Assembly (NCBI RefSeq): GCF_003991155.1
Contig: NZ_CP031293.1
Direction: 5' to 3' (one strand)
DNA: 64,000 bases
Source: Escherichia coli
GTDB taxonomy: Bacteria; Pseudomonadota; Gammaproteobacteria; Enterobacterales; Enterobacteriaceae
Shown: piece by piece, positions 28,629 to 38,749 of the stretch
Layout: each line of letters begins with the position of its first letter
How positions within the stretch are numbered: position 1 is the first letter of the stretch
The notes under the pieces: generated by a model
The model's database searches: none
Seen by the model: only the letters and a program-made list of their open reading frames with translations
Told to the model about the DNA's origin: nothing
Translations under genes and position numbers: made by a program

Positions 28629-29011
28629 TTTAATCATCCCCGTGCCAGTAATAGCAGGGGTGAAAGATCTCGAAATAACACTGATAATCAGGGCGACGAT
28701 CCCAGCCGGCTTCGCGTTTTTATCGCTGCCTGCCGCGCCTTTCTTCTCCAGCAGCACATTATAGAGCAGGCGATAAACCTGCTGTACCTCATTACCAATA
28801 ACTATCTGGAACTGAAGCCTTTCTCCACCACGCAGATCAGGCCAGGGAGGGCACCAATCTGCGCATTGTTAACCTTTGAGCTGTCGTTGAACTCGGGGTA
28901 AGCAATGGTGAGCATACGGATGTTTTCCGCACCGCCCATCACGTAGAGGATTTTGTCTGCTGTTTCGTTATAGTTCATAGTGTCCCCTAGTGTTGGCGCA
29001 AAAAAGACCAA
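28629..29011 (-). pseudogene. Remnant of a glucose/beta-glucoside-class PTS EIIBC gene
   Basis: MNYNETADKILYVMGGAENIRMLT... is an EIIB-type N-terminus but lacks the CATRLR active-site motif. A stop follows, and then ...LISVISRSFTPAITGTGMIKALL (EIIC-like) reads in another frame. Confidence 0.6.
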
Positions 29012-29039
29012 AACGGCAGTGGCAATGGCATTCTCCAGC

Positions 29040-29225
29040 GTTTAAACGGAGAGCCGGATGCGTTGAAAGGTGCTGCTCCGGTTCGGAGAGGAGATACTGG
29101 GAAATAGTTCGACTACCCCCTATCTCTTACTCTACTCTGGACAGGTTAACGATGAGATACCTCACAGTAATATTTGCTCTGTTCGCAAGAAAGCTAGTGG
29201 GATGGGTAATGTTGTTGGACTGAAT
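29040..29225 (+). mobile_element. IS3-family transposase (OrfB) fragment
   Basis: The translation ...RRYWEIVRLPPISYSTLDRLTMRYLTVIFALFARKLVGWVM resembles a degraded W..DITY....G..YL..V.DLFSRK.VGW.M core. Confidence 0.45.
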
Positions 29226-29366
29226 CGCCACGGATAATCAGGCATTTCTGAGTTGTTTCAAGAAGGCGGCATTATTTGTGCTGCTCGTATCCCGGTCATC
29301 AGTGAACCGGTGAACGTAAATCAGCCGGAGGCACGATTTGGGCAAAAGAGATTTCCTGACAGGCAA

Positions 29367-29389
29367 GAAGCCAGCGAATGGCTGGCTTC
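29367..29389 (-). terminator. Hairpin downstream of tnaB
   Basis: The stem gaagccagc/gctggcttc with loop gaatg starts 10 nt after the tnaB stop. The U-tract is weak (TTGCCTGTC). Confidence 0.45.
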
Positions 29390-29398
29390 CTGAAGGAT

Positions 29399-30646
29399 TT
29401 AGCCAAATTTAGGTAACACGTTAAAGACGTTACCGAACCAGCATAAAATTACGGTTATACCAAAGAGAATGACAATCGCCGGAATAAGATTGCCGCCCCA
29501 GACTGTGAACATCTGATTGGGAAATTTCTTGCGGGCTTTGATTGCCAGCACTGCGGGAATAATGACCGCCCAGATGGTGGCGCACAGTCCGGCACCGCCG
29601 ATCCCGTAAATAAAGCCGTTCGGGAAGATCAGATACAACAACGCGGGTGGCAGGAAGGTTAACAGCACGGTTTTGAAACGCCCGGCGTGGGAGTTATCAA
29701 TCTTAAACAGATCCGCCAGATAATCGAACAATCCCAGCGTGACACCAAAGAACGAACTGGCAACAGCTAAGTTAGAGAACACCAGCAGGCAAAACTCGAT
29801 AATCCCATGCTGTTTGGTGCCGAGGAATGATTTCACCAGCGAATCAACGTTGCCGCCTGAGGAGATTATCGCCTTAAAGCTTTCTCGCGGGATATTCCCC
29901 ATCGTGCAATAGAGCCAGAAGAGATAAATCACCAGCGCCAGCAGCGAACCGAAGACCACGCTTTTGATTAGCTTATCTTTGCGTTTTCCATAGCAAATAA
30001 TCAGGCTGGGAATATTGCCGTGGAAACCAAATGACGCCAGACACACCGGCAAAGCCATAAAGATATACGGGAAGTAAGACTTACCCGCAGTGGAGCTGGC
30101 TGCATCGCGCAGAATGGAATAATCGGCCTGGAAGAAGAGAGAGCCAAACACGATCACAAAGGAGATAATCTTCAGCCCGAGGAACAATGAGGTAATACGA
30201 CTGGCGGCTAACGAACTTATCCACAATACGCTGGCAACGAAAATGGCTGTGCAGACTCCGACAATACGTGGATTAGCGTGATAACTCAGATTCATTGATA
30301 TCGTTTCGCTAATGATTGCGCCGTTAGCAGAAATATAGGCATAAGTGAGGATATAGAGAACGAAGGCAACGGTAATACCGCTGATAATGTTCCAGGTGTT
30401 ACCGATTAAATCTTTGGCGATGGTGTTAAAACTGGATCCGACGGGATAGTTTAAATTTGCTTCTAATAACAATAACCCGGAATGAAGCATTGAAAACCAG
30501 GCAATGATAAGGATAAAGGCTCCCCAGAAAAACCAGGCACCGGCAAGATCAACAGGTAAAGCAAACATCCCACCGCCAATTACCGTACCGGCTATAACCA
30601 TAACACCCCAAAATGCAGAGTGTTTTTTTTCAGCTTGTTCAGTCAT
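29399..30646 (-). CDS. tnaB: Low-affinity tryptophan permease TnaB
   Basis: 415 aa, collinear with K-12 TnaB with scattered substitutions (for example MTEQAEKK versus MTDQAEKK). Confidence 0.95.
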   Translation of the reverse strand: MTEQAEKKHSAFWGVMVIAGTVIGGGMFALPVDLAGAWFFWGAFILIIAWFSMLHSGLLLLEANLNYPVGSSFNTIAKDLIGNTWNIISGITVAFVLYILTYAYISANGAIISETISMNLSYHANPRIVGVCTAIFVASVLWISSLAASRITSLFLGLKIISFVIVFGSLFFQADYSILRDAASSTAGKSYFPYIFMALPVCLASFGFHGNIPSLIICYGKRKDKLIKSVVFGSLLALVIYLFWLYCTMGNIPRESFKAIISSGGNVDSLVKSFLGTKQHGIIEFCLLVFSNLAVASSFFGVTLGLFDYLADLFKIDNSHAGRFKTVLLTFLPPALLYLIFPNGFIYGIGGAGLCATIWAVIIPAVLAIKARKKFPNQMFTVWGGNLIPAIVILFGITVILCWFGNVFNVLPKFG

Positions 30647-30737
30647 GATGCCACCTTTAGATGAAGGCTATTTTTATTATTGAGGATGTAGGGTAAGAGA
30701 GTGGCTAACATCCTTATAGCCACTCTGAGTGTTTTAA

Positions 30738-32153
30738 TTAAACTTCTTTCAGTTTTGCGGTGAAGTGACGCAATACTTTCGGTTCGTAGGTAAAGGTTAA
30801 CCCTTTAATATTCGCCGCGTTCTCTTTCACATGTTTAAAGGCTTCAATAATGAAGTCCATATGTGTTTGAGTATATGTTGCGCGCGGAATGGTTAAACGC
30901 AGCAGTTCAGCCGGGCATGGCAGTTGTTTACCGGTTTTCGGATCGCGGCCTAACAGGAAAGAGCCAATTTCTACCGCACGGATACCGGCGACTTTATACA
31001 GCTCGCAGGCCAGCGCCTGTGCCGGGAACTGATCTGCCGGGATATGCGGCAGTAGTTTACCGGCATCAACGAATGCCGCGTGACCGCCCGCCTGCTGGCA
31101 GACAACGCCAATCTCTTCCAGGCCATCGACCAGATACTGCACCTGCGCAATACGATAAGCCAGCCAGTCCAGATTCATGCCGTCATACAGACCTACCGCC
31201 AGACGCTCCATAGCGCCGCCTTCCAGGCCGCCATATGTCGGGAAGCCTTCCTGCACCACGCAAAGGGTTCTGCATTCGGTGTACACATCAAAGAAGCTGT
31301 CGTCTTTCATGCACAGCAGGCCGCCCATCGGCACCATCGCATCTTTCTTGGCGGACATCGCCAGCATATCGGCATATTTGTAGGTTTCGCGGGTGATTTG
31401 CTCGATGGTCCAGTCTTTGTATTCTGCTTCACGCTGCTTGATGAAATAGGCGTTTTCGGCAAAGCGTGCGGAGTCCATTACCACCGGAATATCGTATTTC
31501 TTCGCGATGCTGTACATCGCTTTTAAGTTTGCCAGTGAAACCGGCTGACCACCTGCGGAGTTACTGGTGATGGTTGCAACGATATACGGCACGTTATTCG
31601 GGCCAACTTCTTCAATACCGCGTTCTAATCCCTCAAGGTCAAAGTTGCCTTTAAAGTCGTAACGCACGCCCGTATCGAAGGCTTCTTTGATATAGACGTT
31701 ACGCACGGTACAGCCGTTAATCTGGCTATGGCCCTGCGTGGTATCAAAGAAATAGTTAGAGAACGCCACCATTTTGCTGCGATCCAGGCCTTTTTCCTGC
31801 TCGCGTTTTTTAATCAGTACCGGAATATAGATTTGCTCTGCACCACGGCCCTGGTGAGTCGGAATAGTGTATTGATAACCAAAGATATTTTTCACTGACT
31901 CGGCTAACGCGTAGTAGCTGCGGCTGCCGCTGTAAGCTTCGTCGCCGCGCATCATCGCGGCCTGCATACTCTGCGTCACCGCCCCGGTACCGCTGTCGGT
32001 CAGTAAATCGATAAACACATCTTCACTATCCAGCAGGAACGGGTTCATGCCGGCTTTAATAATTGCTTCTTCACGATAAGCGCGAGTGGTACGTTTTACT
32101 GGCTCAATAACACGAATGCGGAACGGTTCAGGGAGATGTTTAAAGTTTTCCAT
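30738..32153 (-). CDS. tnaA: Tryptophanase TnaA
   Basis: From [32 protein letters not shown]... it is 471 aa. The PLP-lysine region reads [12 protein letters not shown]. Confidence 0.95.
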   Translation of the reverse strand: MENFKHLPEPFRIRVIEPVKRTTRAYREEAIIKAGMNPFLLDSEDVFIDLLTDSGTGAVTQSMQAAMMRGDEAYSGSRSYYALAESVKNIFGYQYTIPTHQGRGAEQIYIPVLIKKREQEKGLDRSKMVAFSNYFFDTTQGHSQINGCTVRNVYIKEAFDTGVRYDFKGNFDLEGLERGIEEVGPNNVPYIVATITSNSAGGQPVSLANLKAMYSIAKKYDIPVVMDSARFAENAYFIKQREAEYKDWTIEQITRETYKYADMLAMSAKKDAMVPMGGLLCMKDDSFFDVYTECRTLCVVQEGFPTYGGLEGGAMERLAVGLYDGMNLDWLAYRIAQVQYLVDGLEEIGVVCQQAGGHAAFVDAGKLLPHIPADQFPAQALACELYKVAGIRAVEIGSFLLGRDPKTGKQLPCPAELLRLTIPRATYTQTHMDFIIEAFKHVKENAANIKGLTFTYEPKVLRHFTAKLKEV

Positions 32154-32359
32154 TACGTAATCCTTCATTTATTTTAAGGACAGAAAATTACGGAGATATT
32201 GCAAATGCAATACCCGATAGTTCGCTAAAATATTTGCAAGAGACATCATTTATAAAAATGAATGATAGTCTTTACAAAAGCAGAAATAAGATATGCCAAA
32301 CAGACAGGTTAGATGGAATTCAATCTATTTGACAAAAATGATGGTTACAGAAAGGCAAG

Positions 32360-32434
32360 TTAAGGGTGGTGTTCAACAATCTTGTTGTCGATATTGAACC
32401 ATTTTGAGGTCACACATATATGTAAGATATTCAT
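32360..32434 (-). CDS. tnaC: tna operon leader peptide TnaC (24 codons), variant
   Basis: My own translation is MNILHICVTSKWFNIDNKIVEHHP followed by TAA. K-12 reads ...IVDHRP followed by TGA. W12, D16 and P24 are conserved. Confidence 0.9.
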   Translation of the reverse strand: MNILHICVTSKWFNIDNKIVEHHP

Positions 32435-32509
32435 AATGCACTTATCCTCGAAAGACACGAGGTTACAGTATAATACTCAAGAAATTTGTCTATCCTGAAA
32501 TTGTTTAAA

Positions 32510-32525
32510 TGTGAATCGAATCACA
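32510..32525. promoter_or_regulatory. CAP/CRP site of the tna promoter
   Basis: tgtgaatcgaatcaca is a perfect palindrome, TGTGA-N6-TCACA. It lies ~75 nt upstream of the tnaC start, as at the K-12 tna promoter. Confidence 0.8.
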
Positions 32526-33488
32526 GTTGGTTATTAGTGATATAAAATGACAATGATTTTGCATCATTAAAAATATTTATCAATTACGTTGATAAAACTA
32601 TTACATGCAGGTGTTAATAAATGGTGATAAAAATGGTAAATGACAGAGATGTAATGTTGAAGATGATTCCTTGATGAGAATTATGTTCTACGGAAGTGGT
32701 ACATCAACTTTTTGGGAAGGTATATAAATAAAGCAGAATAGATCACGTTTGGCACACATCTGATTACTCATGTAATTAACTAATTTCAGCACGGTTTTTC
32801 TTGCTTTTTTAGAGTAATTAATATACCGATGCCCAAGATGAATATCATAAGAAATACTATCAAAATAATGTCTGGAATGAAATATTATACAGATGAATGA
32901 TTGCGGTTACCTGATGATTTAAATAATGAATATGTGATTTGCTTGTTATATAAGAAAATTTAAATATTGCCGATAGTGTATTGAATAGTGCCTGCTTAAC
33001 GGGGTCCCCTGTTAAGTTGTCAAGCATGTTTATGAGACTGCTGGGGGATAAAAAGTCCCGGCACACATCCTGCTAACAGGACATCACTGCACTGTCTGAG
33101 CGATAAACGCTTGGTTGTGTCGTATTCCACGGCTCATTTTACGTGTGTAGTACGTTTGGGTATTGGTTTTCGGAGAGCAGCAAAGGCTGACAGGAACAAT
33201 GCCCGTTTGATGAGTTTATTGTCTCGTCTTGGCGGATGTTCGCCACATATTGATGAACCGTAACGCTAGGTAAAAAGGGGAAGCAAGACCCCACTGTTTC
33301 ACTTCAAAAGCCTTGCTTATGTAGAGTGATGAGATGGAGTGCCAGAAGGCCTGGAGTGGCAGAATAACGACTGCGGCATGCGTACCGGGAGCGATCATGG
33401 TTTGTTGTACCAGTGCCTGAGTGATGTCTGCCGCGGGGCGTTTTTCAAGATGAGGCTCAAGCTTGCAGGGCTGCCAGCTTCTTTTCAC

Positions 33489-34883
33489 TTAGCGAAGCCA
33501 GTTTTTCCGGCCTACGGCTACTCCCCGTAAGGCGTTCTCTGCGATGTTGTTGTCGATTTCCACCCAGCCATTGCTGCAGTACACGTTCAGGCCATCCCAC
33601 TGTTTCAGCAGGTATGCGAACGCTTTTGCCGTATCTGAGTGACGCGACAGTGTTTTCATCTGTTGCTGTATCCAGTCATACAGTGACTGCATCAGTGGCG
33701 CGGCTCTGGCTTTTCTTGCCGCCAGACGCTGTTCTGCTGAACAGCCCCGGACCTCTGCCTCGATGGCATACAGTTCACCGATACGCTGCAGGGCTTCCGT
33801 GGTGATGTAGGTGGGCGCTCTTGCATGCACATCGTGGATTTTTCTCCGGGCATGAGCCATACACGCGGCTTCCGTTATTCTGCCGGATTCGTATAACGCC
33901 CGGTAACCACCGTAAGCATCGGCCTGAAGCACACCGCTGTAACCGGCCAGGTGATTTTGTGGATGGATACCTTTCCGGTCCGGACTGTACGCGAACCAGA
34001 CCGCCGGGGGCATCTGTGAACCGGCGTTACGGTCATCACGGACGTAGACCCACAGCCGGGCTGTCCGGGTTTTACCGCTGCCCGGCTCCTGGACCGGGAC
34101 GGGGATATCATCAGCATGGACTTTACCGGGCATCAGCACATACTGGCGCAGGACGTCATACAGCGGCTCCAGCAGTTCAGCAACAGCACCTGTCCAGCGC
34201 CCCAGTGTGGCACGGCTCAGCTCCACTCCCTGACGACGGTATATTTCTGACTGGCGGTATAACGGCAGATGGTCTGCATATTTCCCGGTGACAACATGGG
34301 CCAGAAGCCCCGCTCCGGCATAACTGCGTGCAATGGGTTTTGAAGGTACTGGTGCCTGCACGATATGGTCGCACCGGCAACAGGCCTGTTTCGGACGTTG
34401 TGTTTCGATAACCTTAAAGGCGCTGCTGATAAGCTCCAGTTGCTCTGACACATCACATCCCAGAGAACTGAGTTCACCACCACAGGCAGGACAGCATTCC
34501 TCTTCCGGCCGGATAACCCGGGTTTCACGGGGAAGTGAGGCCGGTAACGGTTTACGGGCTGAAGACTGGCGCAGGGCGGATGGCAGTACCGGGTCATATT
34601 GCTCACCCAGCGTTTCCGCCATTTCTTCCTGAAGTGCGCTGATTCGCTCCTGTGCTTCCTGTATCTGCCGTTCGGTTTTTGCACGAAGTTTTTCTGAGCT
34701 TTTACCGAACTGCATACGTTGCAGTTTCGCAACCAGCGCCTTCAGCCGGTTGATTTCGGAAGCATAAGCCGCCACCCGCTGTGAGAGCAGGCGGTTGTAT
34801 TCAGCCATCTGGCGGATGGTGTCCTGTTGCGTCTGCAACAGTGCCCGCAGGCGGGCGTTCTCATGAGCAAGTGAGGTGTCCAT
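33489..34883 (-). pseudogene. IS66-family transposase TnpC, 3' end disrupted
   Basis: The 464-aa ORF ends ...[16 protein letters not shown], whereas family members continue ~50-60 aa past GRKNWLF. The downstream sequence keeps weak similarity in other frames. Confidence 0.7.
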
Positions 34884-34902
34884 ATCCTCACTTTACAACG
34901 GG

Positions 34903-35250
34903 TTATATGCGGATTCCAGCGCGTTCCGTTCGTTTCGGGTGCTTCCAGTTGATACCTTCAAGAAGCATGGATAACTGAGCCGGAGTAAGGTGCACCTTGC
35001 CGTCACGGGTGACTGGCCAGACGAAGCGGCCCCGCTCCAGGCGTTTGGTGAAGAGGCACAGTCCGTCACTGTCAGCCCACAACACTTTTATCTGGTCACC
35101 CCGGCGTCCGCGGAAGATGAACAGGTGTCCGGAGAACGGGTCATCCTTCAGGACGTTCTGAACTTTTGATGCCAGGCCGTTAAAGCCATTTCGCATATCG
35201 GTGATACCTGCAACCAGCCAGATACGCGAACCTGCAGGGAGAGATATCAT
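34903..35250 (-). CDS. IS66-family TnpB (orf2)
   Basis: 115 aa reading MISLPAGSRIWLVAGITDMRNGFNGLASKVQNVLKDDPFSGHLFIFRGRRGDQIKVLWAD. Confidence 0.9.
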   Translation of the reverse strand: MISLPAGSRIWLVAGITDMRNGFNGLASKVQNVLKDDPFSGHLFIFRGRRGDQIKVLWADSDGLCLFTKRLERGRFVWPVTRDGKVHLTPAQLSMLLEGINWKHPKRTERAGIRI

Positions 35251-35927
35251 CAGTGGCTGCTCCCTTTTATTTCGCGGATAAGTGTCTGTAATAACGCCGG
35301 CGTCAGTTTACCTTTAAGCCTGAGAGTTCCGGCCGGCAGAACCAGCTCACAACACAGACTGTCGGACGGTGTATTTATCTGCTCTGGTTCCTGTGCGGGG
35401 GCCGGGATTTTATTATCCGGCTCCGGCGTTAACGTCACGGGAAGCAGTGCCGGCATATTTTTTCCGGAAGGCAGCAGGCCACCTTTCCGGTATTGATGGC
35501 GCCAGTTGAAGAGCAGGTTATCGTTGATTCCGTTTTCCCGGGCGATCTGCGCCACACAGGCTCCGGGCTGCAGTGACTGCTCCACTAAGGCGATTTTAAA
35601 CTCATAAGGGAAGTTGGGCCGCCGGGGACGTTTTTTTACCACGGGGGCTTCGGATATAACGGTGCTTTCAGGACGTACGACTGGTACCGTGGAAAATTGT
35701 CCGTAAAGGCAGGCATCAAGTTCCTGCTCCGACATGCCTGCGGGCAAAGGCCACGAAAGGCCAGCTCTCCGAAAGCGCACGAACATACTACAAACTGTTG
35801 ATTTTGGTACACCCAGGCGACGCCCGGCCACAACCCGGGGTAAATGTTCTTCAAAGTGAAGACGTAAAGCTTCAGTGATCCAGGTCCGGTGTTTCATACG
35901 ATAGTGTCCATTAAAAATGATGGACAT
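35250..35927 (-). CDS. IS66-family TnpA (orf1), long form with an extra N-terminal HTH
   Basis: ...RRPNFPYEFKIALVEQSLQPGACVAQIARENGINDNLLFNWRHQYRKG... Its stop overlaps the tnpB start (ATGA). Confidence 0.8.
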   Translation of the reverse strand: MSIIFNGHYRMKHRTWITEALRLHFEEHLPRVVAGRRLGVPKSTVCSMFVRFRRAGLSWPLPAGMSEQELDACLYGQFSTVPVVRPESTVISEAPVVKKRPRRPNFPYEFKIALVEQSLQPGACVAQIARENGINDNLLFNWRHQYRKGGLLPSGKNMPALLPVTLTPEPDNKIPAPAQEPEQINTPSDSLCCELVLPAGTLRLKGKLTPALLQTLIREIKGSSH

Positions 35928-35980
35928 TATTTTTGTAGAGCCGGAGGAAACAGACCAGACGGTTTAAATGAGCCGGTTAC

Positions 35981-36251
35981 TTTCCCTCGCGCCATTGTTG
36001 TCGCCATTTGAACAACAGATTGGCGTTAATGCCATTTTCAAGAGCAAGTTTTGAGATGGATATCCCGGGTTCACAGGAGGCAGCAACGAGCTGCTGTTTA
36101 AATTCGGGAGGATAATTAGGGCAGCCTTTTCGCCTGCCGGGAGTCACATTTTTCTGCATATCTGACACTTTGGTTCCCACTACTTATTTGGTGGACACCA
36201 CTTTGTCTAATTCGTCAGATTCTGACCAGACGGTTCAGGCTGTACGCTTAC
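35981..36251 (-). mobile_element. Remnant (IRL plus 5' tnpA) of a second IS66-family element, cut by the insertion at 35980
   Basis: The terminal GTAAGCG reads on the minus strand ending at 36251. The 67-aa ORF (35977-36180) ...PPEFKQQLVAASCEPGISISKLALENGINANLLFKWRQQWREGK ends at a stop codon supplied by the inserted element's terminus. Confidence 0.7.
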
Positions 36252-36836
36252 GTAGAACGCAGGTTCGTTTCGGTTCAGGATCGCGACAGTGCCCCCTCAC
36301 CTTCAGCTACAGTTCCCATAGAATTTTTTTCAGGTCAGTAATACTGGCTGCTGTTGTTGTCAGGATTTGATAGCTCATAAGCCCCGTTTGTCTTATTGGT
36401 ATAAGAGCATCTTTAAAAGCACTCTTAAAAGTACTCGTGTTGAAAAAACAGCCAGAACAAATGAAGTATGGCTCTTTCCGACAACTCTCTAAAACGTTCT
36501 GTAACACATTCTGAGCGTTTTTACGTCAGTTAGGCACGCCGCTCAGTGCTTCTGAGCGGCCTTGTTGCCGCGATCTGTTGTCCTGATCTTGATAAATGAA
36601 CATCAATACGGCGTTCCGTCAGTGTTTACAATAACTCCCAATTCATAACTACTTTTAACACATTTGTGTGATTCCCCCTTTCTGCTGAAAATATAGTTAT
36701 TTCCAATATAATCAATGAGTTTTATTAATTTGTTGATTTTTTTTTTCATGTTTTTTTTGTGATAATTATCATTTGAATGTGAATGTTGCTCCTGAATAAT
36801 GTTTATCAAAGTTGTCTGGTACGAGGGAGAAATTTC

Positions 36837-38099
36837 ATGGCTATCATCATGGGGATCATCGCTGACGATTTTACTGGCGCGACTGATATTGCCTGCTTTA
36901 TGGCAGAGAATGGTTTTCGGGTTGCGCTGTTGCCCGGTTTGCATGCACTCACGCAGTCATGGGATGAAGAGGCTGATGCAATAGTCATTTCACTGAAAAG
37001 TCGTTCATTACCCGCGAATCAGGCAATTGAGCAGACTTTGCTAAGTTATCATTGGTTGCGTGACTGTGCGGGGGCGCAGCAGATCTATTTCAAATATTGC
37101 TCAACATTTGATTCCACTGCAGATGGCAATATCGGCCCGGTCAGCGATGCACTGATGAAGGTGATGGGCACACCTTATGTCGTGCATTGTCCCGCTTTGC
37201 CCCAAAATGGCCGAACAGTTATCCATGGACATCTTTTTGTTAACGGTATACCCCTTAACGAATCCGGCATGGAAAAACACCCCCTGAATCCAATGACCGA
37301 CACTAACCTGCTGCGCGTACTGGCTGCACAAACCCCCAATAGAGTTGGTAATCTTGATCTGAGGACAGTTCAACAGGGCGAGCAAGCCATCACCACCGCA
37401 CTTTCCCGTTGTCAGGCTGAAGGGAAGCAACACATTATTGTCGATACATTAACTGAAAATGATCTGCAAAGCCTGGCAAATGTATTACGCCATACACCTT
37501 TACTGGCTGGGGGATCCGGACTGGGTGGGGCGTTAGCCGCTTTTTTACAGCAACATCCTTATACGCCAGCCTCCGCGTTTCCCAATCCTGCCAGAACGGT
37601 AATCTTCTCCGGAAGTTGTTCAGTGATGAGTAATCGACAGGTGGATGCTTATAAATCGCATGCAGCCACGCAGTTGCTTGATGTTGCTCGTTGTCTGGAC
37701 GATGGCAATAGATATATCGATCAATTACTTGAATGGACAATTGCGCACATCAATGATCCGCTTGCTCCGTTGATTTACGCCACTCAACCTGCGGATGTGT
37801 TGAAATCTATACAGCAAACCTGGGGTGAACACGCGGCAAGTAAAGCCATTGAACAAACTTTTGCGCAGCTTAGCCAAAAATTGCAGGTCGCGGGTGTCAA
37901 CACTTTTATTGTTGCTGGGGGAGAAACTTCCGGGACTGTAGTGGAAGCGCTAAATGTGAAACGGCTAACAGTGGGGAGCACTATTACGCCGGGCGTACCA
38001 TGGGTTTTTTCGGCAGAACCGCCCCTGGCACTGGCGCTGAAATCTGGCAATTTTGGGGAGCCTGATTTTTTCATTAAGGCTCAGGAGCATGGATTATGA
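36837..38099 (+). CDS. DUF1537 four-carbon acid-sugar kinase (OtnK/YgbK-like)
   Basis: The start is trimmed to MAIIMGIIADDFTGATDIACFMAENGFRV, with a GAGGGAG Shine-Dalgarno. It is collinear with YgbK motifs (IADDFTGATD, YFKYCSTFDST..GNIGPV, GGETSG, LKSGNFG). Confidence 0.85.
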   Translation: MAIIMGIIADDFTGATDIACFMAENGFRVALLPGLHALTQSWDEEADAIVISLKSRSLPANQAIEQTLLSYHWLRDCAGAQQIYFKYCSTFDSTADGNIGPVSDALMKVMGTPYVVHCPALPQNGRTVIHGHLFVNGIPLNESGMEKHPLNPMTDTNLLRVLAAQTPNRVGNLDLRTVQQGEQAITTALSRCQAEGKQHIIVDTLTENDLQSLANVLRHTPLLAGGSGLGGALAAFLQQHPYTPASAFPNPARTVIFSGSCSVMSNRQVDAYKSHAATQLLDVARCLDDGNRYIDQLLEWTIAHINDPLAPLIYATQPADVLKSIQQTWGEHAASKAIEQTFAQLSQKLQVAGVNTFIVAGGETSGTVVEALNVKRLTVGSTITPGVPWVFSAEPPLALALKSGNFGEPDFFIKAQEHGL

Positions 38100-38734
38100 G
38101 TGAACTCATCGAACAAAAATTACGTGAACAACTCGTCTATTACGGGCGTTCGCTCTTTATGCGCGGTTTCAGTAGTGGCGGTTCCGGCAATATCAGCGTC
38201 AAACTGGCTGAAGACCGTTTTTTGGTCACGCCGACCAATTCCTGTCTTGGCGAGTTAGATAGTGAAAGAGTGAGTCTTATCGATATTCATGGCAACCATA
38301 TCAGTGGTGATAAGCCGTCAAAAGAGGTGCCTATGCATCTTGCCTGGTATCGACATCGTCCGAACTGTGGAGCGGTGGTACATCTGCACTCGCCATGGCT
38401 GACGGCACTTTCGTGTTTACCTTGCACAACACCAGAGAATTGCTTACCGCCGCTCACTCCCTATTACGTGATGCGTGTGGGGAAATTACCATTATTGCCT
38501 TATTTCAAACCAGGACATGAGGATATCGCTACGGCATTAAGCCATATAGCGGCCGACTCTACCGCAGCTCTGTTGGCGAATCATGGCCCCGTTGTCAGCG
38601 GAAGAACATTGCGCGAAGCGGTATTTAATGCCGAAGAGCTGGAAGACAGTGCCCGTATCTGGCTGACCTTAAAACCACTTGGCTATGTTCCTCTTTCGGC
38701 AAAAGACATCGCTGAACTGGAACAGGCCAGATGA
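38096..38734 (+). CDS. Class II aldolase/adducin-fold protein (OtnC/YgbL-like 3-oxo-tetronate 4-phosphate decarboxylase family)
   Basis: 212 aa reading ...GGSGNISVKL...FLVTPTNSCLGEL...HLHSPW...ANHGPVVSG. Its ATG overlaps the upstream stop (ATGA). Confidence 0.8.
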   Translation: MSELIEQKLREQLVYYGRSLFMRGFSSGGSGNISVKLAEDRFLVTPTNSCLGELDSERVSLIDIHGNHISGDKPSKEVPMHLAWYRHRPNCGAVVHLHSPWLTALSCLPCTTPENCLPPLTPYYVMRVGKLPLLPYFKPGHEDIATALSHIAADSTAALLANHGPVVSGRTLREAVFNAEELEDSARIWLTLKPLGYVPLSAKDIAELEQAR

Positions 38735-38749
38735 TAACGAGGTGAGAGG

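Larger units (their letters stand above)
33260..35980 (-). mobile_element. IS66-family element (three-ORF type) inserted into another IS66-family copy; the left boundary is tentative
   Basis: The end at 35980 reads (minus strand) GTAACCGGCTCATTTAAACCGTCTGGTC, resembling the neighbouring element's GTAAGCGTACAGCCTGAACCGTCTGGTC. The other end is proposed at ...CTAGCGTTAC (33260) from the GTAAC/GTTAC termini and the ~2.7-kb size only. No target duplication is seen. Confidence 0.55.

Noticed and set aside
30863-31526. Plus-strand ORFs of 116, 148 and 68 aa inside tnaA. Similar ORFs lie antisense within IS66 tnpC (33821-34380), yicI, yicH, setC, yicL and the GTPase gene.
   Set aside because: All overlap well-supported genes on the opposite strand and have Arg/Pro/Ala-rich shadow composition, so I treat them as artefacts of GC-rich coding DNA.
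36603-36944. A 113-aa minus-strand ORF overlapping the start of the OtnK-like gene.
   Set aside because: It is an AT-rich, low-complexity Lys/Asn/Ile product. It spans the probable promoter region and overlaps a strongly supported gene.
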